Shown here one piece after another: positions 48,001 through 60,800 of a stretch of DNA of 64,000 nucleotides. Every line of letters begins with the position of its first letter. Position 1 is the stretch's first letter. The notes below the pieces were generated by a model. It did no database searches. It was not told the origin of the DNA and saw only the letters and a list, made by a program, of their open reading frames with translations. This DNA comes from Ascoidea asiatica JCM 7603 (Eukaryota; Fungi; Ascomycota). A program made the translations under genes and the position numbers. Where the stretch lies: contig BCKQ01000011.1 of NCBI GenBank assembly GCA_001600695.1, positions 523,238 through 587,237 of the forward strand. Direction: 5' to 3'.

Positions 48001-50282
48001 ATGATTCAATTGGAATCTTTACCATCTTGTGCATTAATATAAATATTTAATCAGCTTCCTTTAGATAAAGTCATATTATTCTCATTATCAGAAAAATCAA
48101 ACGAAGCTAGTTTTTCCTGTGCAAGATTATACAGAAATATAAAAATTTTGACAAATGTTGCTGAATATCATCAGCCTATGAGATCAAAAACTTCTGATAC
48201 CAAGGAGTTTTTGAATTTATCATATGAAATAGATACAGTCAATTGCTCAAATAACTAGGTCACATTAAATAAAATATTGTCAGTTTCAAATTCAAAATTC
48301 ATTGAAAATTTGGTCATTATTGTTGTTTATGATTCTTTTCTTTTTCAGAATGATTTGATATTTTATAAAAATTTGAACAATCTAAGTTCTTTGAAAATAG
48401 TGAATACCTGTGAAGACTTCTATGTTCCTAGTTTTTCAGAATTGGGAAATGCAGATGAAGATGCTTATAATTATGAAGATCAAACCGAAGATAAATGTGA
48501 AGAGAATGATAATGCAAGAAAAATGTATTCTCGGCTTGTAATTGCAATGAATGATTTAGGAAATACTGATACTCATTTTGCATTTCATTTAATGAAAGAT
48601 TTTCTTTTTCCTAACCTTAATGGATCTATTTTATATAAATTGGATTTATCCTCTTGTTCATTTAATTGAGAGTCATTAAATTATTTTAAGAAAGATAATT
48701 TCAATAAATTCAAGAATTTAATTAATTTAAATTTAAGTGGTAATAAATTGAGAAGAAATGATCTAGATTTTTTGAAATACTTTCCGAGATTGAAATTCTT
48801 AAATTTATCTAATAATTATGATACAGGAAATCGCGAATTTGAAGATTTGACTGAATTTTCAATCCTTTCAAATTTAAAGAACTTAGAATCTTTAAATTTG
48901 ATGAGAACAAATTTAAAGTCAATTCCTAATGATATAAATATGCTTAAAAGTTTGAAATGTTTAAATTTATCATTTAATTCTATCGATGAAATAACTAAAG
49001 ATCTCGAAGCTCCAAATTTAGTTCATTTAGGCCTTAGTAATAATACAATTAAGAAAATTTCATCTGAGTTTTTAAAATCTCTAAAAAATTTACTATTTTT
49101 AAAGTTGGAGAAGAATAGTTTGGTGGAGACTGCTTTCTTGAAAGAAGTAACCAATTTAACATATTTAAATTTAGCATATAATAACATTTATGAATTAGGA
49201 AATTTAGAATTACTGAAAAAATTGAATGTTCTATATCTAAATAATAATAATCTTGAAAAAACTCCAAAATGCTTTGAAAATTTCAAAAATTTAACGAAGC
49301 TAAGACTACAGGCTAATAATATAAGGAATTTAAAATTTTTAAAACATTTGAAGCATTTGAAATATCTAAATATTAGTTCAAATAAGATTAAAGAAATTGA
49401 AATTTATGACTCTTTGGAATTATTGGAGCTTGATTTATCTTACAATGAAATCACAGAGTTTCCACAGGAAATTAACCAAAGTTTAAGAAAATTGAATTTG
49501 AGTCATAATAAAATCAGAGACTTGAAAAGTTTTGATTTTGAAAACCTATATCATCTAGATGTTTCTTATAATCAAATAAAAAAATTACTAGTTTACAAGG
49601 AGTCTATAACTTAAAATCTTTTAATCTTAGTTATAATAAATTAAAAGATATTTCAAAAAAGTTTTTACTATTGCAAAGTTTACTTGTTTTAAACTTGTCT
49701 GATAATTTCATTAAAAAAATGGAAAACTTAGAAAACTTTGAAAATTTGAAAGATTTAAATATTTCCAGTAATAAACTAATTAAGATTGAGAATATCCAAG
49801 GTCTTGAAAACTTAGAAACTTTAAGCTTGGATTCAAATTTCATTACAAATCTAACAATTACTTTTTCCAGCAATAACAAATTAAGAGTTGTAAATTTAAA
49901 TAACAATTCAATTACCGAAATACATTTCGAAAATCTAAGAGCTTTAAATTCATTAAAAGAATTGAATTTATGTGGTAATAAGTTTAGTTTCATTGAAGAA
50001 TTAGATCTTGATAACATGTTAAAGTATATACCAAATTTGGAGACTTTGAAAATAGACATAAAGAAATTCGAAAATTATAGAAATGGAATATATGAAATTA
50101 TTATGAAGGACCAAACTTATGAAGCAATTACTGATAAATCTATTTCATTCAACGGAAGATATGTTCTTCAATTGGATGAAATACTCAATTATGAAGAAGA
50201 GGCTTCTTCTGATGATGAATTTGACCAATTTAATGATTTTGGTGAATCAGAGCTTAGCGACGCTGGATCTATAAATTATTGA
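48001..50282 (+). pseudogene. F-box-like + leucine-rich-repeat gene, disrupted
   Basis: MIQLESLPSCALI*IFNQLPL start; in-frame stops at 48040, 48256, 48667; frameshift ~49605; many LxxLxLSxNxI repeats. Confidence 0.85.
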
Positions 50283-51006
50283 AAATAAATATACAGAATA
50301 CCTTTCACGTTATTGTGTTTATTAGCTATTCAAGGAAAATAATGATTTGTTAATTTATAAATTTAAGGGTTTCCCTTAGAATTTTTTAATGCAAATTCTA
50401 AAGTTTAGTGTTAAAAATAAAAAAATAGCCATGCTTATTTTTGTATCTTTTATTCACTGGAGCCTGTCTGTTGAATTATTTAAGATACTTAATAAATACT
50501 TCACCAATGGCTATAAGTCTATAAACCCCAAAAGAGTAATTTACGAAAAGTTGAATAGGCTCGAAATACTCGAGTTTCTCCATGGTAGTAACTGTTTCTG
50601 GAAATAGAGACGACTGCCCTTCTTTCCTTTGGATATTCACATAGCTCTGCACTCTCGGTAACACAGCCAAAAAACCACCGACCCAGGACTCCTGTCTCAA
50701 CGCGGGCTTCGATTTCCTGAAAGTCAAGAATTCATCAGCCTAATTTATAAAGATGAAGGCCAGAACAGAAATGAAAGGGAGAATTAATCTCCCTAATCTT
50801 AGATATCGATAAATGGTTCAAAATACAGAATGGTATCACTGATAGAGATAGTGTGATAATGAAATATGAAATATATATTCTCAATAAAATATAATTTCAA
50901 AGAATAAACTAAAAGGAAAAGAAGCTTTAATATTAGTATTAAAGGAAGAGTCTTTCCTTTTTTATTATTGAAAATATTGCTTCTTTTTAAACCTTTGGTC
51001 ATTAAA

Positions 51007-51076
51007 TTCATTTAATTATACTTAAATAATTAACTAGTTCATTTAATTATACTTAAATAATTAACTAGTTCATTTA
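51007..51076. repeat. Exact 31-bp tandem duplication just upstream of the DUF1989 gene
   Basis: TTCATTTAATTATACTTAAATAATTAACTAG x2 plus a partial copy. Confidence 0.9.
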
Positions 51077-51109
51077 TAAATTCATTTATCCCAGCTTATA
51101 CTATTCAAA

Positions 51110-52021
51110 ATGTCTTCCCAATCTAATACTATAACTAAAACTGGGCTTCCTACATCAGTTCCAGCATACTTGCCAACTAAGGATAGTCCCTTATATGCCG
51201 ATAGAGAATTTTACACCAAAATTGGTAATGCTGAAAAAAAATTAATTTTAAAAGAGACAGTTCCAATTAGATCAGGTAGGGCCTGGAAAGTACCAAAAGG
51301 TCATATTTGTAGAATTGTTGCTCCAGAAGGTCCTCAGGTTGGTGATTTAAATATTTTCAACTACAATAATCCAAGAGAAAGATTATGGGCTGCAAGAACA
51401 AGACAATTACATTCGGCTCATGTATCTAAATTTGATAGACTATGGTCAAACTTACCATATTTAAGACCTTTAGTTACAATAACTGGTGATTCAATAGATT
51501 ATGGTTTAGATAATCAAGGAGGTAGATGTCATGATTTATTAGGAACTAGATGTGATCCATATGTTAGAAATCTTTTATCTGGTATTGATTTTGACTTTCA
51601 TTGCCATTCCAATTTAACCAGAGCCATTTTACCTTATGGTTTAACTGAATTTGATGTACATGATGTTTTAAATGTGTTTCAGCTAACAGGTTTGAATGAT
51701 AAAGATCAATATTTTATGGAGCCTTGTCCCGCTAAAGCTGGCGATTATTTTGAATTTTTTGCAGAAACAGATTTACTATGTGCTCTATCTGCTTGTCCAG
51801 GAGGCGATTTATCTAAATGGGGATGGGAAGAAGGAGATAATTCAGAAAGTACAACTGAAGATGCGAAAGAAGATCTCGACATGGTTGAATGTTGTAGACC
51901 CTTAGAGTACCAGGTATATGAAATTGTCGATAAACAATTATTAAAAACTTGGAAAGAGCCACAACCTTCAAAATATAAAGGAAATCATGGCCTTAAGTAT
52001 CCTGTTTTTGAAAAACCTTAA
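51110..52021 (+). CDS. DUF1989 / urea-carboxylase-associated family protein
   Basis: GPQVGDLN, HDLLGTRCDPY, HCHSNL, HDVLNVFQ, FFAETDLLCALSACPGGD. Confidence 0.9.
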   Translation: MSSQSNTITKTGLPTSVPAYLPTKDSPLYADREFYTKIGNAEKKLILKETVPIRSGRAWKVPKGHICRIVAPEGPQVGDLNIFNYNNPRERLWAARTRQLHSAHVSKFDRLWSNLPYLRPLVTITGDSIDYGLDNQGGRCHDLLGTRCDPYVRNLLSGIDFDFHCHSNLTRAILPYGLTEFDVHDVLNVFQLTGLNDKDQYFMEPCPAKAGDYFEFFAETDLLCALSACPGGDLSKWGWEEGDNSESTTEDAKEDLDMVECCRPLEYQVYEIVDKQLLKTWKEPQPSKYKGNHGLKYPVFEKP

Positions 52022-52237
52022 ATTTATATAACCACTTCATTGAAAAATATAATAACAAAATGTTTATTTAAAGAAGCTTCAGTAGAAATGATATTTTTAA
52101 AAGGTACGTAGAAGACCAACTGGAAAATAAGGGTCTGTCAGTTAGGCTTCCAAGTAAATGACGTCCCAAATATTTAAAAAAGCACAGGAAAAATCTCACC
52201 TGTATTTTTTTAAATACGGGGACGAGAAGAAAAACAA

Positions 52238-52461
52238 TAAGAAATATAAGTATATTTTGTCTTACTAACTATAAAAGTGGTAAGAAGATGACTAAGTTTC
52301 ATCTTTGCAGATAGACAACTTAAATAGTTACCTAAAACATAAACCGAGCATGTTTTAGGTAATCAGGTGACTCGTTGGACAGATGTTACATGTTATAGAT
52401 ATCACATGGTTAGGCAAACTTTATTAGCCACACAAAGGCTTGTTTAGCCTAATTTAATTCA
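52238..52461 (-). repeat. 3' LTR (224 bp)
   Basis: Ungapped ~88-89% match to 62427-62650; begins TG directly after purine-rich ATGGAGG on the minus strand. Confidence 0.9.
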
Positions 52462-53137
52462 CCTCCATAAACAGGAATTTTTGGTGGATGATGACAATTA
52501 AGGAGAGTGAGCTTTTAAAAAAAAAGTAGTTGTGCCTTACTCAATGAGCTTCACCTCCATATTCTAATAAGGAATACATCATGGAGTAAGGGTTGTTGAA
52601 ACAAGAAATCATGAAAAGAATAAAACAATAGAAAATCTTTCTTTACCAGTAAATAACAACTGAGGAGAAAAAAGACAAAAACAAGGAGAAGAATTAAAAG
52701 AAAAACAAGAAAGATTAAAATAAATATAAGAAAAAAAAAAACATAATTGAGATTAAATTGAAATGCACCTCCATAAACCGAGAACATTCAAAATGTTTTT
52801 AAAACTTATTAAAAGAAAAGCAAACCAAAAAAAGGTGATTAGCTAAAAAGGAGCAGGATTAAAGGTCCACATAAAATAGTTTCAAAATAAATACATTAAT
52901 TGACAGGAAAAAGAAATTATTATTGAATACATCTGAGAGTAATGAAACAAACTTAATCTATAACAGTATCTTATTTGAAATTTAAATTATTTATAAAGCA
53001 TTGACATCATTTATTATAACAGTCTTATTTCAAAATTGCGTAGCAAGTTAAAAGGGCTAGTTAGGTTCAGAGAGAATTTTAATAAACATGTATCTATGCT
53101 CAAAGGCATTAGTTAGTACAAATAGCTCTAATTAGGC

Positions 53138-56100
53138 TTATAAATATTGAATTTCAGTAATTCTAACTGGAGGTTTAGAAACTATCAATTCAGCTAAATG
53201 AGGGAAGGTTGCATGAGTAAGACATTTTGTAAAAATATCAGCAATATTATTTAAAGTGTTAACATATTTGACCCTTTGCTCTTATTTGTAGATTCTGTCA
53301 GAAATTAATAAAAATCTTTGTTTGATATGAGCTTTTACTTTATCTTTCCCAGTATCTGTTGTCCAATAAGTAAGACCTTTAATATCAACAAAAATTGTAG
53401 TAGGAAAAATTTTGATATGTAATTTTTTAATAATAGGTAATTGCAAACGCGAGTTAAAATATGATTTTTTGTTAAAACTGTTATTTGGATCCTCTGAATA
53501 TGTGAAAGAATCAAGTCTTCAGATGAACCACACAAGGTGTCTGGTGTTCTTAGAGCTATATGCAAGGGCATGCAGTTCTAAATCTGAGGAAGATTGAGGA
53601 GGAGCAGCTGCAAATTTAGAACCCCAGTTCCAAAGTATATTACCAAACATCGTAATAGTACCAATAACAGATTGAGCACCAGCAGCATAATGGGCATCAG
53701 AGAAGGTTATTAAGTTATTTTAATTAGATCCATGAAAGTAGAGGCCCAATGTGATTGAATTCCTTATATATTTTAGCATATGTAGAGCACATATGTAATG
53801 AGATTCATTATAATTCATCATATGTCTGGTTAGAATGTGAACATATTGTGTTATTTTAGGTCGACAAAATCTACATAAGTGAATCAAAGTTCCAACTATT
53901 TGGCCATAAGGAAATCTTTTCATTTCTTTAAAATTTTTATTTTTTTCAGAAATGATTTTAAGAGTTTTAAATGAGTCATTATATGGTACATTGAGATTAT
54001 CTTTGTTTGTATTGATTAGGAAAGTATCTATTAATTGATGAGAATATTTTTCTTGATTTAAGAATATATAACCCTTGTCTCTGTTGTAATCAATTTGTAG
54101 TCCAAGAAAATTTTTTATTTCACCTAATAATTTGATATCGAATAAAAGTTTCAAATCAGTTTTAGTAATTTCCATTGCTTTCATTGAAGAAGCAGTAAAG
54201 ATAATGTCGTCAACATAAACAACAACTATTATTAGACCAAAGATAGAATGAATATACCGGAAACCTTTTCATCTTGAGTGTAGAATTTGGATTCTAACTG
54301 ATCCTTTAATTGTAGATACCATTCTCTTGGTGCTTGATGAAGGCCATAAATACTTCCAGTTATTTTGTATATAGAATTAGGATATTGTTTGTTAATAAAC
54401 CTTTCAGGTTGATGAACATAAAGTGTTTCTTTAATTTTACCTCTCAGAAAGGCTGAAGGAACATCTCCAGTTTCAATAAACCAATTTTTTTGAGCACATA
54501 TTGTAATTAATGTGAGAAAAATCTTATTAGGACAGACAGGTGCATAGGTCTCACCGAAGTCTCTTCCATGTTTTTGACGATGACCTTGAATCACCCATCT
54601 TGCTTTTCGTTTTAATTCAGGATTACACTTCATTTTAAGTATCCATCTTCCTCTCAAAATTGAAACTTTATTGATAGGTTTTGGAATTAGTTCCCAAACT
54701 TTGAAATCATTGAAGGAATTGAATTCACGAGTACAAGCTTCAAGCCAAAGTTTTTGAATATTGGATGGTAAATCTTGAACTGCCTTAAAATTTACTGGTT
54801 CCTGATTTAGTTTCTTGATGTTTCTTATATAGTGGCCTCCAATATTGTGATCTAAAATTTCATACAAAGAAGATGATTTAAATGGAAGAGCTGTTTGACA
54901 CAACTTCTAATAAAATGTTTTGACTCAGAGGAAAATGTTTCTTTTATTAATACTTCATCTAATGTATTGGATTGATATAAATGGAGAAGTTCTTCCTCAA
55001 CAGAAACACGTGTTAGGAATGAACCATCATTCTCGATTGGAATAGCTTTAAGGATTGTATAATTAGAATAACGTTTATCAGTATTATTGTAGTTTTTATT
55101 GAATACAGAACAAAGGTCATTTTGAGATAACTCAGAGTTTAATAAACAATTAACAGTAGATATATTTGAATTAAATTTTGAGATTTGAGATAGTAAGTTA
55201 TTGTTATAGTTTAGAATTGGATTAAGGTCATCAAAAGAAATATTTTTTGTTAAAAATGAATACTGGATTAAAAGATATGGAGCCATTCTGATTGGAGATT
55301 TTATTAGAAAATTTTTTACGGGAGTTGTAGTAGAGTTTTCATTTTGAAAGGAAGGTTTTATAAAATCTGTATTTGACGATTTATGATTTTTATTAATAGG
55401 GAAAATAGAAACTTTATCAGAAGATGTTACTTGATTAGATAAACAAGCTGGGTTAGGAGTTAAAGAGTTTTCATTAGATAACTTAAGATTAAATTTATTC
55501 AATTCAAATATAGAGTTATTTTTATCCAAATTTTTTGGAAAAGAGTTATTATTAGAGACGTTTGTATCAGAATCATTTAAATCATGTTTAAACGGTGAGT
55601 TTGTTTAACTGGGTGAGATAGGAAAAACAGAAGGAGGTTTAGGAGTGGTGTGAATTGAGTTTTTTAAAATTTCAGAGATGAAGGTGTTAGCTTTATTTTC
55701 AATTGACTGATAAGAAGGAATTTTTCTTTGAGATAATTTTTTTTATTGACAAGTGGTATAGATGTAGAAAAATTGAATGTAACCTGATTTGAAGGAAAAG
55801 TTTGGAAGGTTTTTTTGGTAAAAAGGAAGGGAAACTTTTTTGGTATTTGTGGAAGAGGTATTAGATCTATTAATGAAGTCAGAAGTAATGGTATTCAGTA
55901 AAGAGTTCCCGTTAACATCAATAAATTAATTAGATGAATTATCAGAGCCATTATTAGAAATTCTAAGTTTATAATCAGTAAAAAATCCTTTAGTTTCATA
56001 GTAATCAGATTTTTTGAAAGAAACTTTAATTGGAGGTTGAAAGTCATTATGATAGGCAGAAACAGAATGGTTTGAATTTCATTTAGAATCAGGAGGAATT

Positions 56101-57560
56101 ATCTGAATTTTGTTTAACTCTAATGTCATATCGAGAGCTTTGAATAGTTTCTGGTTTTTGTCTTGATTGATGACAACTGTAATCATGATTTACATAAATC
56201 AGGATTTAAATAAAGGTGACCAAGTTGAGATCTATGTTCACAAAGATAAATGCCTCTACCTTGTTTAGAAGTGTTAGAACTTTGGAGTCTAACAGACTCT
56301 TTAGTTGTAAAAATTAATGAACCAAATTCATAGAATTGGTGAATTGAAGGTTTATAGTTATATTGCAATTCGAGGGGAGTAATTTTGTTATTATTATGTA
56401 GAGATTTGTTATGCCTATCCATTGAAGCAAAAATAGCAAATTCCCAAAATTCATCAGGAAGACCAGAAGAATCTAATAAGGTTCTACATATAGTGAACAA
56501 GGTTCTATTAGCTCTTTCAGCAAGACCATTTTGAGTACTTCTGTAACCAACAGTAGATCTTTGATCAGTTCCATCCAAGAACAATTTTTGATTAATTAAA
56601 CTCTTAACAAATTCTGCACGTTGATCGCTGAGTAAAAAGGTAGCTTTATATTGGAAAATGTTTTTTAGATGGTTAAGAAAAAATGTTAAATAGATAGCAG
56701 ATTCTCCTCTTTAGTGTATAGGTTTGGCATAAATAAACCTTGTAAATTTATCAACAATAACTAAAATGTATTTATAACCTGTGATACTAATAGGAGATAT
56801 GGGACCAATAGGATCCACTTAAATAATTTGATTAGGTTTAGTAGCAACAAATCTTGATTTAGAAGCAATTTTATCATTAGTATTATTTCTTTGACAGATT
56901 TCGCAAGTAAAGTCTTTATTAGAAATCTTAAGATTTTTGTGATTAATTGCATTAGAATCAATGAGTTTTATTATACTAGTAAGAGGAAGATGATTGAATT
57001 TATGATGGATTTGAAAGTTATTTTTTAACGAGTTAATTCTGAAATTAGAGTTACTCTCAATGAAATTATTTAAGCAAGAATTATAGGATTTGCAGAAATT
57101 TAAAGAAAAACTACTTTAGGTGTTATTTAATTGACAATTCGCAATGATTAATTTGTTATTATTATCATCATAGGTCCAACACTCAAAGCCAAATTTATCA
57201 GTTTTAAAACCAATGATATCAGAATGTTGAAGAGGAGTTATAACGGTATCAGAACCATCGGGAGTATAGTAAACACTTGAGAAAGTCATCTTTATAATTT
57301 TATTATTAACTACAATATAGCCAATGATATCACCTTTTCCAATTAATTGGTTAGGAGAACAAGAATAGTTGTAAATGGTTTTAGTATTTGAAGAGCTAAA
57401 AGATACATAATTATGAAATATATAATTATTTCCAGTTACACTAAGATCAGCACCTGAATCTAAAAGTATTGAAAAGCAATTTGTTGAATTTGAAGCAAGA
57501 TTGTTAAGTTTAGCTGTTTTAAAAGAATTAATAGATATGAAGGTATTGATCTTAGTAAGG
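53138..57560 (-). pseudogene. copia pol (protease, integrase, RT, RNase H), broken by stops and frameshifts
   Basis: ILLDSGA; HHKFNH..CEIC; VDPIGP, SDQRAEF, QNGLAERANRTL; KARWVIQG, DVPSAFL, IYGLHQAPREW, YVDD; FSDA, NIADIFTK. Confidence 0.93.
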
Positions 57561-60500
57561 CCTCGCCCTGTAGTAAGTTTTGTTATTTTTATTGAAATTA
57601 TTAGCACTTTTATAAGCATTAGAATTTGAAGTAAAATTAGAAGAGGAGTTATTTTTATTTGAATTATCAGTTTTAGTGGAGGAAGGTTTATTTTTATTAT
57701 CAGGTTTAGAATTAGAAGAGTGATTTTTAAGATTAGCATTACCTGGAATAAAAGTTTTGTCAGGTAAAACCACTTGAGAGAACATTGAAGTATTTGTATT
57801 ATATTTATTATGTGGTTCATCAGTATTGATAATATTACCATATTTATTAAGCAGAACAGGTAAAATAGAGTTTGAAGGAACATAACACTGAATTTTATGA
57901 TCAGGAGAACCTTTTAGTTTTTTAAATCCAACAAACATTTTTTAAGAAAATATAGAAGCATTTTTACCTGGAAACAAAATTGGAGGATTGTAAGAAAGTT
58001 TATATGCCTTAGATAGATTTTCAAAAATATGTTGAGAAGTATTATGTTTCTTTAATTTGTAAATTAGATGTTCAAATAAGATAGCAGTATAAATGTTGGC
58101 ATAAGCGTTAACAGAAACTCGATTATCAACTAATTGATCACAAGCAAACTCACAGTAATAGAAGTCATTAAATGCATTAGATACAGGATTAGTTTGAAAG
58201 TTTGAATAAATAATATTCATTTGTTTTATAAAATTTTTGATTAATAAGACATCGAAGCCGAAATCAAGGTCAAAAATGAAGTTGATGGTGTTTGTATTTT
58301 TATCAAGAGTAAATAAGTCTTTATAAAATTGAAGGGAATAATTAAGTTTTGGAGGAGTTATAAAAATTCTGTTGTGGCCAGTAGCAGTGCAGTGCAATTT
58401 AAAAGAACTTTCAGAATTATACATTCTAGCAAGTAAAGAATTAGCTTGATTGATATCAATGAGTATAAGGATATCATCAGTTAAATCATATTTGTCAGTA
58501 GATTTAAGACCAGGTGACTCTTGGAGATGAATATCATCATTATCACCAAGATGATGATTATCTTTGGAGGACTCATCGTTATTAATAGTATTAATTTCAG
58601 GAATAGATTCATTAATTTCAGGAATATCAAAAGGAAAAACATCTTTTGATCTAATCAAAGCAACGCCTAGATCTTGAAAAGGATTTTCCAGAGAAAGATC
58701 TTTATTAATAGAAGAGGATAAAGTTTTAGGTAATATTATATCTTGGTTAATGAAAATTGAAGAAAAATTATTTGTACAATTGAGGTTATATTGAAGATTT
58801 AATTTAGAAAAATCATAATATTTGAATGTAGGATGAAAATCTAATTTAATGTCAGTTGAGTTGAAAGATTTTTTATAATTAGCAGAAGCGAAAATTTTTG
58901 GAATTTTGAAAGAAGAAATTCTATATAGATCAGGAAGATCTTCAAAAAAATCTCCAGAAATATATATAGAGTCAAGTTGAATAATAGTAGAAATGAATTT
59001 AAAAGGATTATTCATGTTAGGAATTTTGATTAAAGAAAATTTTGTCTCAAAATTTTCAAATGTTTTAGAGCATTTCGTTTTTTTAATGATATTCATAATA
59101 GAAACATAGTATTTGTCAAAAAATTGAACAAATAATGAATTATCAGGAGCCATTTTATAGTATACTAGAAGTTGGTAAAATTTGGTTAAGTCTGTAGGAA
59201 ATATAGGACAAACTGAATGATGATGTTTGAAGACTTTACAATTAAAGCAAAGTTTACGACCTTCAGAATGAGATTGATAAAACTAATCATCATGAATAGT
59301 TTTTAAAGGAAGGGCAAAAAATTCAGGGGCATCGATTTCTGAGATAAGTAAAATATCTTGATCATGTGTATCAATTTTGAAAGACAAGATATTAGATGAA
59401 TTCGTTTTGTTATTTAAAGCAAGAACTTGAGAATTATCATCAACAGAAGAAATTTTTAATCTTTTAAGTGAAGGAGTTTTTGAATTAAAGTTTTGACCTA
59501 AAGTAGTTTTATTAGCATCTGAAATTTCAGTAGAAAATCTTCTATTCTTATGAAGCTTTTGGATAATTAATTTGTCATTTTCAGCATTTCTAGATTTTAA
59601 TAATTGAGGAGGAATTAAATTGGATTCAACTATAAACTTGACATTTTCATTTAATGATAAAGAGACAAATTTATTTTTATATCTGTTATAATTATCTGTA
59701 TTAATGACTCTAATACAGTTTCCTATAAAATATTTAGCAATGACTTTACAAACATTTTTATCGAAAAGTTTTTTTGTTAATTTGATATAATTATTTTGAT
59801 TTTTGATTAATTCTTGGTGGTCAGATGGAAGGATTTCAATAAAGAATTTTCTAATTTTCTGCCATAGTAGATTAGCACTTTTCAGAACTTCATTTCTTAA
59901 TTTGAAGTTAATGATTGAACGTAATTGATTTAAAGGGTCTTCAAGGGCAAATTTTTTTTCTTGAAGTTTCATGATTAAAACTTGAACTTTAACTTTTGAA
60001 AAGTGAATATCATCGAACACTTGTTGTTGGGTAGAGAAATCTAGATTTTCTTGAATATTATTCTTCAAGAATTGTTTAATGATAGATCATTTTGAGGTGA
60101 AATATCGTTTTATAAAAGAAAGACACCAGAAGTATCCTTAGTGATGAATTGAAAAGATTCAAGGAGAGAGAAGACTCTGTCTACAAAGGAATCAAGATGA
60201 TCAGAGTTCTTGGCTGGAGAATTAATAACTTCAAAACGAAGTTTTGCAATTTCATTATCTTCTTTATTGGAATTTTCATTGTCTGAAGTAATATCATTTG
60301 TGATTAATTTAATAGGAGATTTAATAAAAGGTTTAGTAAAAAATTCATTAGGATAATTAAGGACAATAGGATTATTAGGGTTATTATTTCTTACGAATTG
60401 AATTCTTTCAGTTCTATTTTCTCTTTCAATGTCGATGAAAGTTTTCTCTTCTGGTTGAATAGAAAGTTGATAATTCTCGATAATTTTGGCTTGAAAGAAG

Positions 60501-60730
60501 ACACCTTGAGTAATTTCATTTTGATTGATTTCTTCGACAGTAATAAGTCTAAAAGGGTTTATACGATAGTGAATGAAGGAAATAGAGAGGGGATTTTTTG
60601 AAGAAGCAGGAGCGAATTGATTTAATTTTTCAAATTTTGAAATAAATTGAGTATATTCATCAACATCATCATCATTAAGTTTACCAACAAAGGTTTTATC
60701 AAAGTTACCATCAATAGGAACGTCAGTCAT
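57552..60730 (-). pseudogene. Very long gag-side reading frame (~1060 codons) with an internal CCHC knuckle
   Basis: 60068-57552 is one frame with two internal stops (59283, 57942); CFNCKVFKHHHSVC at 59249-59208; upstream ORF 60730-60110 joins via a stop and frameshift. Confidence 0.7.
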
Positions 60731-60800
60731 TTTGTTAAGATAAGTAAATGAGAACTAAGTCTGATTCAAATAGAAACTGAGACCGAATTAAATTAAAAAA

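Noticed and set aside
59283-59285. Tca2-style stop-readthrough gag-pol junction
   Set aside because: This TAG lies upstream of the zinc knuckle and far from the protease; the element has many decay stops and a better +1 site exists at 57566
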